Assembly (NCBI GenBank): GCA_051599415.1
Contig: AP039713.1
Coordinates: 1 to 64,000, forward strand
Reading direction: 5' to 3'
DNA: 64,000 nucleotides
From: Savitreella phatthalungensis
Taxonomy: Eukaryota
The notes below the pieces were generated by a model, which was not told the origin of the DNA, made no database searches, and worked only from the letters and a program-made list of their open reading frames with translations. A program made the translations under genes and the position numbers. Shown piece by piece: positions 23,299 to 33,718 of the stretch (position 1 is its first letter; each line of letters starts with the position of its first letter).

Positions 23299-23631
23299 CT
23301 AGACTGCGCCTTGAATAGGCAGAAGTAGTGGCAGATAAGCGACGAGGACGGCAGAGGCAGAGACGCTGTTCGTCGTTAGTCATGAGGCCCGCTGAATGAC
23401 GATGAAGGCTTACGCGACATTCATATATGTCGATGATCTCCTGTCGCTCGGGCTGTTGAAGACAACGGCAGCACTGACAAAGACCGCGAGCCAGGCGAAG
23501 TACCGGTTTCGCATGAACATGGCGATGAAGGAGACTGTGCCGCTGAGAGTCGTGAACAGGTCGTCCTCGCGGGCAGGAAGCACGCGTGCAACGTATGGTC
23601 TGATCATATCGACGCGCTTGTTGTCAGTCAT
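23299..23631 (-). CDS. PAT complex subunit Asterix (UPF0139/WDR83OS); 2 exons
   Basis: RVDMIRPY...IAMFMRNRYFAW; intron 23366-23413 (GTAAGC..ACTAAC..CAG) restores C-terminal TM SASAVLVAYLP. Confidence 0.8.
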
Positions 23632-23794
23632 CTTGCACTATAGAAGAGCTGCGTTGCTCCTTGTCGCTGCTTTCTGGGATCTATCGTGACAAGCAATTCA
23701 TTGTGCGTATTTCATATACATTATTGGGCATAGACTGATGCCAAGCTGCTCGATAGTCTTATACATACCGCAGTTGACCGTGACAACTCTGCGG

Positions 23795-24556
23795 CTAATT
23801 GAGCCGGTGATGCCGCTCCCGCAGTAATCCTGTGGCAGTCGTCGATGGGGTCTTGCGGAACAAGCGTAGTGACATGAGCGCCGTTGCGAAAGCCAGCATG
23901 TACCACGTAAAAATGTACTGAACGTGGTTATTGCGTAAGAGCACGACGTGTTCTCGTGGGATCGGTATACCTTGAGCTTCCAAGTTGTCCGTCGCATATC
24001 CTGATGGCATCGTCTGCTCCAGTAGCACCGGCATTGTATGCGTCTGCATGGCCATTCCGTCTACGTCAACCCAGTAGTACTTCATCTGTCGCGCATCATT
24101 GGCCGGTGTGAACAGGTTGCGATTGCCATGTCTCCGGAGGAGCCCATATACCGACGAAGTCACGTTCCGAACGCTTGCAGGCCTGTCCCGATGCCTTTCG
24201 CGCCGCTTGTCAATCCAGCCACGATTGACAAGAATACTGCCGCCGTCGTCAGCATCGAAAGGGACAATAACGTGGTAGCCAGGGACTCCGCCGTGTAGTC
24301 TCGGTCCCACCAGCATTTCTTCATTGTGTCGGTAGCGCCCACGAAGACTGCAGGGCACACCATCTAGTTCTATTTTGTCGATAAGGTCCTGCGTGCGACG
24401 GACTGGCTCGCCCCGAATGCGGATCTCGGCTTCATCGATGAGCTGCAGCTTACGCTGCCAACGATACACCTGCCATGTCCCGAGACCGAATGCCGTTGCA
24501 GGCATCAGTGCTATGAAATATCGGATATTGCTCGCCATGCCACCCGGCTGCTTCAC
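23795..24556 (-). CDS. SHY1: SURF1/Shy1 cytochrome c oxidase assembly factor
   Basis: FGLGTWQVYR, ILVNRGWI, NNHVQYIFTWY; start uncertain (GTG 24556 or ATG 24538). Confidence 0.95.
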   Translation of the reverse strand: MKQPGGMASNIRYFIALMPATAFGLGTWQVYRWQRKLQLIDEAEIRIRGEPVRRTQDLIDKIELDGVPCSLRGRYRHNEEMLVGPRLHGGVPGYHVIVPFDADDGGSILVNRGWIDKRRERHRDRPASVRNVTSSVYGLLRRHGNRNLFTPANDARQMKYYWVDVDGMAMQTHTMPVLLEQTMPSGYATDNLEAQGIPIPREHVVLLRNNHVQYIFTWYMLAFATALMSLRLFRKTPSTTATGLLRERHHRLN

Positions 24557-24659
24557 TGCAGGGCTTCAAGGCTATTGAATTAGGTCATACTCTCCCCTAT
24601 TTCAACTTTTTCGTACGCGATGACAAACTAGCGTACTGCACCGCATTGTCCAACACATA

Positions 24660-25262
24660 ATGTCCAGAATCGCTCGACTGGGGCTTGGTGCAAGGCTCTG
24701 GCGCGGTCTGGCAACGACACGTCGAGCGACGGATGATTCTGTGGTCGCTCGCGAGGACTTAGGATTGATCGAATTCAAGAAGCGCTCGCCGACTTTGCCT
24801 TTGCGTCCGACGGCTTTGCTTAAAGAGCTAGTGACTCGCGTATGGCACAACGGCGTTCTGTCCATCATCTCGCGAAGACAGTTTAACAAAGTCATCAGGC
24901 CTGACACAATCGACCTCACTCGCATCGAGCTCCTAGCTGGCGAGCTACGCGGAGAGCTCCATGCGGCAATGACCGCGAATGATGCTCGAAAGGTGCGATA
25001 CCTGGTCGGCACTTCGCAGCTGCAGTCGCGCCTCGTCAGAGCATGCAAACGCGGGAAAGCACCCGCAGACCCGTCGTTCCCGTCTTTGACGGGAATGGTC
25101 GGTCGTCTCATCAGCTTTCAGGCACAGCCTATCAACGAAGCTCGTACCCAGCTACTTACGCAAGCCGTCGTACGCTTCGATGATGGATCAGACTACATTC
25201 TTCAGGCACGCTCGTGGGTTCGTCCGATCACCTGGACCCTACAGGACATACAGAGGTTCTAG
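24660..25262 (+). CDS. Mitochondrial Tim44-like (Mba1/mL45-type) protein
   Basis: Arg-rich presequence; C-terminal QAVVRFD..YILQAR..W. Confidence 0.6.
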   Translation: MSRIARLGLGARLWRGLATTRRATDDSVVAREDLGLIEFKKRSPTLPLRPTALLKELVTRVWHNGVLSIISRRQFNKVIRPDTIDLTRIELLAGELRGELHAAMTANDARKVRYLVGTSQLQSRLVRACKRGKAPADPSFPSLTGMVGRLISFQAQPINEARTQLLTQAVVRFDDGSDYILQARSWVRPITWTLQDIQRF

Positions 25263-26365
25263 AGCTTCGAGGATGGCTCAGAAGCGTCCTCAATGGTTTG
25301 CCATCCGAGGTAGCCAAGCGGGACAAACATCTGAGCATGCGTCTTCGCCTTCAGCGAGGATGCCTGTTTGCGTGCTACTCTTGCAGCGATACCCTGAGTG
25401 ATCACGGCGAGCCGCAGGTGCGCAAAGGCCTCGCCAAAGGTCCAGTCGACTGCAGGATCGTAACCTGTCAATGAAGCGTAATGCTTGAGGACCTCAGCGG
25501 CTGTCGGTACGCCCCCGAGGTCGTCCAGGCCCTTGAAGCCTGTGAGGGAAGAATCTGCGCCCGATGGCAAGCAGTGAGGCTGCAACAAATTCGCCAGGTC
25601 TGAGAGTGGATGGCCAATCGTAGAAAGCTCCCAGTCGAGGACACCGATCACTCGCGCCTCGGACGGGTGGAACACACAATTGTCCATCTTGAAGTCACCG
25701 TGAACAATGGTAGATCGATCCTGTGGAGTGTGTTGCTTGAACCATTTTTGCATATCTGGCCAGTGAGGGATGTCGCCAACCTCTTCTCCGGTGTCTGCAT
25801 CCTTTGCAGATGCTTGCAGCGGGCACAATTTGTCAAAGGTCCTGAGCTGGCGCTCATAGAATCCCGTCGCGCGGCCGTAGCCGTCGAGCCCAACATCTTT
25901 GGGAACGACGCGGTGTATCTTCGAAATGGTCTCGACGGCCGACATCCAGCATGCACGGCGCTCCTCCTCGGATGACAACACTCTGAGTGCAGGGTTAGTA
26001 AAAATGCGCCCTTCGAGGAATTGCATGACGTAGAAGGGGGTGCCAATCACAGCCTTGTCTTCGCAAAGGCAGAACATCTGCGGCACCGGCACATCCGTTT
26101 TTTCCAGAGCTTTCATAATGCGATACTCGCGCTCAACGGCATGAGCGGTCTGAGAGATCAATTCGCCGGGTGGCTTTTTTCGGAGCACGTAGCGAAGTCC
26201 CTTGGCATCTGTGAGCAGGATTGTCGGATTCGACTGACCGTGAAGGAACTGATTGAGCTTGAGAGGATGGGAGATCGCTGGAGCAGCATGCGAAAGATAT
26301 TGTTCGAGCGACTTCACGTCAATCTTCTCGCGCAGTTCGCCAATATTGTCGGTCGTTCGAAACAT
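25259..26365 (-). CDS. Phosphotransferase (APH/ACAD10-11 N-terminal-like) with PTS1
   Basis: QFLHGQSNPT, HGDFKMDN, VLDWELSTIGHP; C-terminal SKL. Confidence 0.92.
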   Translation of the reverse strand: MFRTTDNIGELREKIDVKSLEQYLSHAAPAISHPLKLNQFLHGQSNPTILLTDAKGLRYVLRKKPPGELISQTAHAVEREYRIMKALEKTDVPVPQMFCLCEDKAVIGTPFYVMQFLEGRIFTNPALRVLSSEEERRACWMSAVETISKIHRVVPKDVGLDGYGRATGFYERQLRTFDKLCPLQASAKDADTGEEVGDIPHWPDMQKWFKQHTPQDRSTIVHGDFKMDNCVFHPSEARVIGVLDWELSTIGHPLSDLANLLQPHCLPSGADSSLTGFKGLDDLGGVPTAAEVLKHYASLTGYDPAVDWTFGEAFAHLRLAVITQGIAARVARKQASSLKAKTHAQMFVPLGYLGWQTIEDASEPSSKL

Positions 26366-26624
26366 CGCGCTGACGTGTGTGAGATGCTGTCTTGGCTATG
26401 TGAACCGGATTTCTTATCAAGCTCGCGGCTAGCCGGCCTTGCAGGTTGTACTTTTTGCATACAGAAGGCTGGGAGCCACACTGAGGATGGGGCCGATCGA
26501 GCGCTTCCCCGGGGCCCCCACAAAAAGTTCCCGAGGCAGAAAAATACGCCTGATCAACTTGAGATGTGGAGCGGTGGTCTATAAGATGCATGAAAAAAAT
26601 TCAATTAGCATTGGAAAAGGCTGT

Positions 26625-27488
26625 CTAAACACCGCCGGAGATGAAGAACCACTTGTCGATGCTAGCATCGATTTTTGCGGGCTGGTTCTCCTCGTTCGCA
26701 GGTACTTGCGGCAGGTTCTGACCCTTGAATGGTGAGCGATCGACGCTTACGTTGCCGACCTCAACGCCGGAAGGAGCCTGAGTCTTCCCGGTGATTAGTC
26801 TCTCCCAGGCCTCTGCACATTCGTGGATGACCTCCAGAGCGTACTTCTTATTTTTGCACTCTCCGCTGAAGGCGAACTGGTTCTCCGGCTTGCCATCAGG
26901 GATCTTGTAGATGCGGAACCACTCATTCGATGCACGGATGAAGCCCGGCAGGTGCTTCTCCACATCCTCGATGTCGTTGAGCTTTGAAGCTAAAGGGTCG
27001 TTGACATCAATCACAATCACTTTCCAGTCGGTCTCTCCCTCGTCCAGAAGAGCCATGACGCCGAGAGGCTTTACTTGCTTGATCTGTCCGACATAGCCGA
27101 CAGCCTCGCCGATCTCACAGACATCAAGAGGATCGTTGTCGCCCTTCGCTTTCGTCTCCGAGTGGACCACATTCGGATCCTCCCAAGTTTGCGGGAACGC
27201 TCCGTAGTTCCAAATATAGCCGTGATGGGGGAAGCAGTTGCGTACGAAGCGGAGCTTGCCCTTCTTCGTATCTTGCTTAATCGGATTCAAGCCTTCGTCC
27301 TTGGCGATCTCCATTTTTGCGTTGGTCCATCGGGGAACTTCGACGACCATATTGAGCACTGTTTGCTCCTCGTTAGCCCACAGAGGAATGTCGTGGAATG
27401 CCGACACAGGCTGGCCATCCTGTTCGATGAAGACTCGATACTCCAGTGTGTTGGGTGCCCCAACCTGACGACGGCTAAACTGCGGCAT
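26625..27488 (-). CDS. IPP1: Inorganic pyrophosphatase
   Basis: [38 protein letters not shown] at 27488 with the frame open further upstream. Confidence 0.98.
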   Translation of the reverse strand: MPQFSRRQVGAPNTLEYRVFIEQDGQPVSAFHDIPLWANEEQTVLNMVVEVPRWTNAKMEIAKDEGLNPIKQDTKKGKLRFVRNCFPHHGYIWNYGAFPQTWEDPNVVHSETKAKGDNDPLDVCEIGEAVGYVGQIKQVKPLGVMALLDEGETDWKVIVIDVNDPLASKLNDIEDVEKHLPGFIRASNEWFRIYKIPDGKPENQFAFSGECKNKKYALEVIHECAEAWERLITGKTQAPSGVEVGNVSVDRSPFKGQNLPQVPANEENQPAKIDASIDKWFFISGGV

Positions 27489-27765
27489 AGTGTTTCTCAA
27501 GTGTCGTGACACGGCTCGTAGACGGTCTGCCAGCGTGAAGTTCTTAGTTTCCACACGTTCAATCACCACTGGTCGTCTTTCGAACTAACGCAATGCTCGG
27601 GCCTATCCGCGGATCCTCACATCCATTATCGCATCATCAACACATCCGCTGATCAAATTCTCACGCGGAAATGTTCGGAACCAATTAAATTAATCCTTCG
27701 TGCAGCGGCAAGCGCTGCGGATATGCAATCAATTCTAGCCATTCTGCCATGACCATAAAGGGAAA

Positions 27766-29217
27766 TCACCGCCTATTGCCACTTACTCCAGCGCGTCGGC
27801 GCTCCCAGGATATCGATGATGCACGTCTGCTCACGCCAACATGAAAATCAGACAGACGAGGCGTGGGTGGACTTGGATCCAAGCAGAAGCCCTTCTGAAT
27901 GAAAGCTTCGTGTTGCATCACATCACTAGGTAGTCGCAGAGGCTCGTCTGAAAGACAGTGATACCTCACCACCAAGTCTACGAGAAGCTGCTCGCTGGGC
28001 TTGCAAAGGTAAACCTTTGGCGCTCTGTCGCACAAGTCTAGCACAGCGCCCGAAATTACCATGGCGCATGCGTCGTAAGCTGCATCCTTGATCAAAAGCT
28101 CGTCATCATGCAATCCACAAGATTCCCAGAGATGCCGCGCCACGGTCGGCCAATCGTCATAGAGAATGAATGCAGCGATTCTGAGATCTCGTGAACCGGT
28201 GCGCTCCAGAATTTGAGCCAGCTCTTCGCCTGACGCCTCAACACTCAGCGTTGCGAAGAAGTCGTCCGCCTCGAAATGCACAGGAGTTATCACGGCATCT
28301 TCCATTTGCGTCCGAGGAATAGCATCCGCGAGAATGCAGAATCCCCAGGCTTGTAAACTCACGCGATCCAAATCCATACACGCCCTCTGAATGCGGCCAA
28401 TCAGCCCATCCGCTAAGGGAAGCGGGCGTGCATCGTCCTGAAGTGCGAACAGGGTTTGACATGTGCCTCGAACGAGCGTTTCGCGCTCGCTGGGCTGCTT
28501 CAACAGAAGACGACGCCTGTATTCCAGCCTGGAAATCCTGCCATCGACAATGAGCGCATGAATTCGATCAATTCTCTGACATAATCGTCGTTGCGAAACA
28601 TAAAACGGTCGATCGATCTCCTCCAAGAGGAGCATCAGCAAATCTGTGCGCGGAAGCATGTTCATATCAGTGACTGCCCGATCAAGGAAGTCTTTCACGA
28701 CTCGGGCCGGAGTTGGTGGCATGCTCTCTTGAAAAGGCCGCATTCTGCTTGCAGCTCTTCGCAGCGTCAGTCTGTCGCGCGGTCCAGCAGCTAGGACTAT
28801 GCGGCGGATGTTCTCGTCGCGCTTCGCGTACCAGACAAGGCGCTCCACCGGAATACCCGCATCGCTCAGATGATTGACAAAACGTTGAATGCTGTCTCTT
28901 GGGAGTAAGGGCAGAGCAGTTCCCATAGTATCGATGCCAACGCGCCGGGAGCAGAGTTCCTTCACGAATCTCTCGAGTCGTTCCCTGCTGAAGCCTTCTT
29001 TCCGTGGCGCTTCTCGGGCTGCAATATCATTATAAAGTCTGACCTGAGCCAGGAGATTGCGCAGCGGACTGGTGTTATGTTCCCACGCCTGTCGCGTTGT
29101 CAAGGCATTCTCGTCCTTCACTCTGGAACTGTACGCGAGACCGTTGACGGCGACTGCGGTCGGCACTACAAGACTAAAGCCCGGTTGCCAAGGTTGATCG
29201 AAAGACCTCGCCGTCAT
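27766..29217 (-). CDS. Hypothetical protein
   Basis: 483-aa ATG ORF; no recognised domain. Confidence 0.7.
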   Translation of the reverse strand: MTARSFDQPWQPGFSLVVPTAVAVNGLAYSSRVKDENALTTRQAWEHNTSPLRNLLAQVRLYNDIAAREAPRKEGFSRERLERFVKELCSRRVGIDTMGTALPLLPRDSIQRFVNHLSDAGIPVERLVWYAKRDENIRRIVLAAGPRDRLTLRRAASRMRPFQESMPPTPARVVKDFLDRAVTDMNMLPRTDLLMLLLEEIDRPFYVSQRRLCQRIDRIHALIVDGRISRLEYRRRLLLKQPSERETLVRGTCQTLFALQDDARPLPLADGLIGRIQRACMDLDRVSLQAWGFCILADAIPRTQMEDAVITPVHFEADDFFATLSVEASGEELAQILERTGSRDLRIAAFILYDDWPTVARHLWESCGLHDDELLIKDAAYDACAMVISGAVLDLCDRAPKVYLCKPSEQLLVDLVVRYHCLSDEPLRLPSDVMQHEAFIQKGFCLDPSPPTPRLSDFHVGVSRRASSISWERRRAGVSGNRR

Positions 29218-30184
29218 ACTGCGGACGATTCGTTACAATCAGTGGCAGTATCGATCGCATCGATGAATGATGCCCTTCGTGTCGAGCTACATACAAGTGA
29301 ATGCAGCTGCAGTGCTTGTACAACCCGAAGACTTTAATGATGTTGCTCTGAAATCACTTCGTCATGGTCGGACACGCCTTGTTAGGTTGAGCATACAGTC
29401 CATCCGAATAAACTATGCATCCGCAATACAGAATAGATTCAAGCTCATGATGAAAAGCCCGCGCGTACTCGTAACTGGCGATAGGTCCTTAGCCATGACT
29501 TCGTAGTCTGAACAGGATTATCTATCAGCAATTCAAAAACATATTGGCTGGTTTATAGAACAGCGTGAATCTGAGAAAGATGGCTTAATTAGATACGATC
29601 ACTGGTCGCCAAGCATCCAAACCGGCGCAATTCTTTCTCAAAGTACACGTCAATTATAGCGGAGACGGCAGAGATAAGAACTACAATGCTCAATCTAGAT
29701 GGATATTTCAGGAGATGGTTAGGGCTGATTTTGAACTTCTCTTTCCGAATTAAATTCAGCCTCGATATGATATCTAGAGTCTGTCGAACTTGAAATGTTG
29801 GATTGGTGGATTCTAGAAATTGGTCGTGCAGATTATAGTTGGCCTCGTTGTCAGAGCTGGCGCTGGAATATACACGGGATTAATTCTGAGCTCACGATCG
29901 TGACTTGCTTCTGAGTGCTTGCAGTCTTGCTCGCTCGCAAAGCAAGCATCGCGCACCCACGCACGCGCGCGAACGCGCGAGCCCGCACCGTTGTTCCTTA
30001 GTGCTACAGACGGCTGCTGAGCGCGTCAGGACCGCTGGGACGCCCGCGCGCAACGTCATGCAGGTCCGCTCGAATGCGCAGCATCGGCCTTCCCGACCGC
30101 TGATGACTTGAGCAGGAGTCGGATATATTCGTGTGAACTAGAGGCTTCCAAGAGGTTCAGGAGATCGAACGTCGGCGCGCTTTG

Positions 30185-30675
30185 ATGACCGAAAACATCA
30201 CCAACTTCAACACTGTTGATCTCTTCGCCGAGACCGACGACACACAGCCGAAGAACTACATCCGTACGCCTGCCCTTTCGCGAAATCTCAGACTACGCAT
30301 CGCACGTATCCATCGTGTACTAACCCGTCCTTCCATGCACAGATATCCGCATTCAGCAGCGAAATGGTCGCAAAACCCTGACCACTGTACAGGGTGTGCC
30401 TACGGAGTTTGACCAGAAGCGCATTCTGAAGGCCTTAAAGAAGGATTTCGCCTGCAATGGCACGATCGTTAAGGATGCCGAGATGGGCGAGGTAATTCAG
30501 CTTCAAGGCGACCAGCGCCTAAAGGTAAGCGAGTTCCTCACGACTGAGCTGCCCATCGCCAAGAAGACCATCAAGATTCACGGGTAAGGATCTAATCTAT
30601 TCGGTGCTGCTCGACCGCAACACAAGACTGGCACAAATCGAATAAAACTGTATTACTGACACGGATAGTTTCTGA
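30185..30675 (+). CDS. SUI1: Translation initiation factor eIF1; 3 exons (30185-30263, 30343-30583, 30669-30675)
   Basis: Spliced YIHIRIQQRNGRKTLTTVQG...FACNG...LQGDQR...IKIHGF; introns carry GT donors, TACTAAC/TACTGAC branch sites and AG acceptors. Confidence 0.96.
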
Positions 30676-30730
30676 GGATTGAGCGCGGCTGTGAAGCGAC
30701 ATTGCTATGCTTGTCGATTGCAAGACGCAT

Positions 30731-33718
30731 CTATAGTAATGTGAGAACGAATGAGCCAGTAAGCCATGCCCAATCATGCATGATCTTTGGACCCGCACTC
30801 CTGGAACCTTGCGGAATCGACGAGACTTTTGGAGATTCTGGCGCAGACGCAGACGCGGCTGAGGCGGTCGTGAGGATTGTGCTTATAGGAGACGAGCCGG
30901 TGACTGCGTTGTTATCAGAAGCAGGGGCTTGTGCTGTCTGCCCGATACTCACCGGGGTTGCGCCGGTGCCGGCCGAGTTTGTACCTGCTGACAAGCCGGA
31001 AGGCGCAGCACAGCGATAGCCGAAGATGGTACTTTGTGAATTGATCGAGCCAGTCGTGCAAGCCTGGCCGATTTCGGAAGCAGCAAACGTCACTGCAGCA
31101 TTTGCGCCTGGGTAGGCCAGCGTGCTCGTAACGGCTTGGTCACCTGCCGTGATAATCTGCAGAGGACACTGCGCGCAAGCTTGGAAATACTGAAGTGTGA
31201 TGACCTGCACGACAACAACAGGGCTCAGACCCGCTGCGCTTGACGTGACTGCGGTCGTCGACAATTGGCAGCCTGTACACGAATACGTCGGTACCACAGT
31301 CGAAGTCGTCGTTGATCCGGCATTCACTCCGGCACCGCCATTGGTCCCGACGGGCAACGACGTCGGCATGGTCGCTGAGGTGGATGAGATTCTCGCGCCA
31401 GGCCCTTGTGTATTGCTAGTGGCTGGCGCCGTTGTCGCCGGCGATACCAGCGACGAAAATGTGATCTGACGACTTTGACTTGTCGTGGTGGTCGAGATAG
31501 CGCTGTTGAGGATGCTACTCGCAGCACTTGTAGTGTTGGCGAAAGGCAGCGGCGTGGACGAGCTTGCCGCTGAATTTTGAGGCATCATCGTCGAGGTTAC
31601 TGTATTTGCTGAATTTGTGGTCGATGACGACGAGTTACTCGCTTCCTGAATTCGAGGGGCGTCCATGGCGACGAGCACGACCGCTGCATTCTGTGGGGTC
31701 GGTGAGCTGCTGTTCACAAGAGAGAGGAGGCCGTATTGATCGAGATAAAAAGTGGTATCAGGCGGCTGCATCAGCACGCCTGCTGCTGGGTCGTATTGGA
31801 AGCCCGCCGTCGTGACATCCGCAGCTCTCCTTTGCATCGTCTGTTGAACAACCAAGATGAGTCGGGTGCCGTCGGCCAGGGCTGACTTATCGTAGCCTAC
31901 CAGGTTGCTGCCGTGCACAAGTATCGCGCGTTCTTGATCATAATGAAACACAAACGCCTCATCCTCGGTCTTTTCATAGTCCTGGTTGTTCGTCTGCAGA
32001 AGCCCGTTGCTTGTGGCGAAAATAGGATAGGTCAGTCCGTTCGAGTCGGAACCATAGAGGTTCAATGCTGGACCAACGGTGGTCGAGGTAGGAGTGGAAG
32101 GAGAGACCTGGGAACTCTTACTTGCTGAGATCGAGGCGGGAGCAGACTCGGTCGAGCTTGCAGCCAGGGAAGATAAGGTGGGGGTCACTGACGTCGTGCT
32201 CGTGCTGACATCTGTCGAAGCTGCCGATGCCGGCTCTTCGGAATTCGATGGCTGTGAGGACGAAGCTGAATCGATGCCTCTGGTACGACTGATAGAGTTT
32301 GCAGGATCGTTCGTCATAGATGAATCGGGTGGAGCAGATCCGGATACGCTCATCGGGGTAGGATTGACCGGTGCTTGCGTAGTAGGGACAGTTGTGAATG
32401 TGCTCGCTGGAGATGAATCTTGACCGTCGCTGCTGAAGTGCTGAGAACTTCCGGGCGAAGAAATGGTGGCAGTGGAGCTAATTGAGGGAGATGCTGAGCT
32501 CAGCAATCCTGGGACTTCCGTGTTGGAGAGAGAGCTGGATGGTGTGAGCCCGGATGAGGAGGAATCTTGTGTTGACACTGGCACTGACTGAGTGGATAAT
32601 GAACTCGCGGGGACAGAAGTCGACGCAGGCATCGAAGCTGAACTCGGCGCAGAGCTGCTGTGTGTGCTCGAGTCACTGACATAAATGACCCCAAAGCCGT
32701 ACGGACTGGTACTGGTCGGAACGAAGCTTCCGTCTTCGGCCGGTTGCACGTATGCTGGCGACTTGGCCTGTGTTTGGATAGCCACTCGTCCATCTTGAAG
32801 CACGATCAATATGGACTCCGTTGAGCGTGCAAGACTTGAGCTACTTGCGCTTATCGGTGAGGCGACGAAATTGACGTATGACTGCAAAGACCGATCGTAA
32901 AGCTCGTAGAGCCCGGAATGGAGTGGGCTGTCGAGTGCGGTAAAGACAGAGGCCGCGGACGGGTTTGATGTCTGGAAATATCTGTTGTTCATGCCATCCC
33001 AAGCCCAGTATTGGGTGCTTGATCCTTGCTGTTCGCTCAGCATGAACGGGGCGTTCGTCTTGAATGAACTCCCGCGTTGCTGGACGGCTGTTGAAGCGCC
33101 TCCATCCGCGTTGCTCGGGGCGAGCTCCAGATAGAACACGGCAGCTCTGCTTTCCGTAGTGGTGCTCGATGTGATAATCGAGCCGTCATTCGCGACGGTC
33201 CAGTAGCCAGTATCAGGACCATCGCTGATCTTTCCGCCGTTGAATTGGGGAGCCTGGATCTTGAAGCCACCGTCAGCTTGAATGTAGAAGGTGAAGGCAG
33301 TCTCGAAGTTATAGTATGGCTGACCGCCCGGGGCATAATCGTTTGTGACAAGATTGAGCGTGCCTTCGGTGTTCGACTGGCCATGTGCCGTGGTCAGATA
33401 CCGCGGGCTCTGTCCTAGGTACGCAAAGTGAAAACAACCAGCTGACGTCAATTGTGCTGCGGTCGGCTGTCCTGCTCCAAACGCATTGTCTGGATCCGCA
33501 GAGAAGGTGCTACCGAGACGGAATGCTGCGGGTACACCGTTGTCATTGAGATCTGCGCTGCAGATCGGGTATAATTGCCCGGCGCTCGACACCATAGAGA
33601 GGTAAAGGCCATCAGGACACTTGACAATTACGTTGTCCAGCGCGAGGGGAGAGACGATTTTGGACGCATCTTGCGCGTCGACAAGACTCCATAGAGCTGC
33701 GAGTAAGAAAGCTAGCAT
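30731..33718 (-). CDS. Secreted Ser/Thr-rich, probably GPI-anchored cell-wall/adhesin-like protein
   Basis: 995 aa; signal peptide, globular N-terminal region, S/T stalks, Cys-containing segment, hydrophobic C-terminus. Confidence 0.85.
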   Translation of the reverse strand: MLAFLLAALWSLVDAQDASKIVSPLALDNVIVKCPDGLYLSMVSSAGQLYPICSADLNDNGVPAAFRLGSTFSADPDNAFGAGQPTAAQLTSAGCFHFAYLGQSPRYLTTAHGQSNTEGTLNLVTNDYAPGGQPYYNFETAFTFYIQADGGFKIQAPQFNGGKISDGPDTGYWTVANDGSIITSSTTTESRAAVFYLELAPSNADGGASTAVQQRGSSFKTNAPFMLSEQQGSSTQYWAWDGMNNRYFQTSNPSAASVFTALDSPLHSGLYELYDRSLQSYVNFVASPISASSSSLARSTESILIVLQDGRVAIQTQAKSPAYVQPAEDGSFVPTSTSPYGFGVIYVSDSSTHSSSAPSSASMPASTSVPASSLSTQSVPVSTQDSSSSGLTPSSSLSNTEVPGLLSSASPSISSTATISSPGSSQHFSSDGQDSSPASTFTTVPTTQAPVNPTPMSVSGSAPPDSSMTNDPANSISRTRGIDSASSSQPSNSEEPASAASTDVSTSTTSVTPTLSSLAASSTESAPASISASKSSQVSPSTPTSTTVGPALNLYGSDSNGLTYPIFATSNGLLQTNNQDYEKTEDEAFVFHYDQERAILVHGSNLVGYDKSALADGTRLILVVQQTMQRRAADVTTAGFQYDPAAGVLMQPPDTTFYLDQYGLLSLVNSSSPTPQNAAVVLVAMDAPRIQEASNSSSSTTNSANTVTSTMMPQNSAASSSTPLPFANTTSAASSILNSAISTTTTSQSRQITFSSLVSPATTAPATSNTQGPGARISSTSATMPTSLPVGTNGGAGVNAGSTTTSTVVPTYSCTGCQLSTTAVTSSAAGLSPVVVVQVITLQYFQACAQCPLQIITAGDQAVTSTLAYPGANAAVTFAASEIGQACTTGSINSQSTIFGYRCAAPSGLSAGTNSAGTGATPVSIGQTAQAPASDNNAVTGSSPISTILTTASAASASAPESPKVSSIPQGSRSAGPKIMHDWAWLTGSFVLTLL

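Noticed and set aside
26595..26627. Stop read-through PTS1 on IPP1
   Set aside because: TAG is followed by ACA GCC TTT TCC AAT GCT AAT TGA: no read-through motif and no SKL-like end
29900..30180. GC-rich segment upstream of SUI1 as an ncRNA
   Set aside because: No convincing tRNA, snoRNA or snRNA structure; probably promoter or 5'UTR
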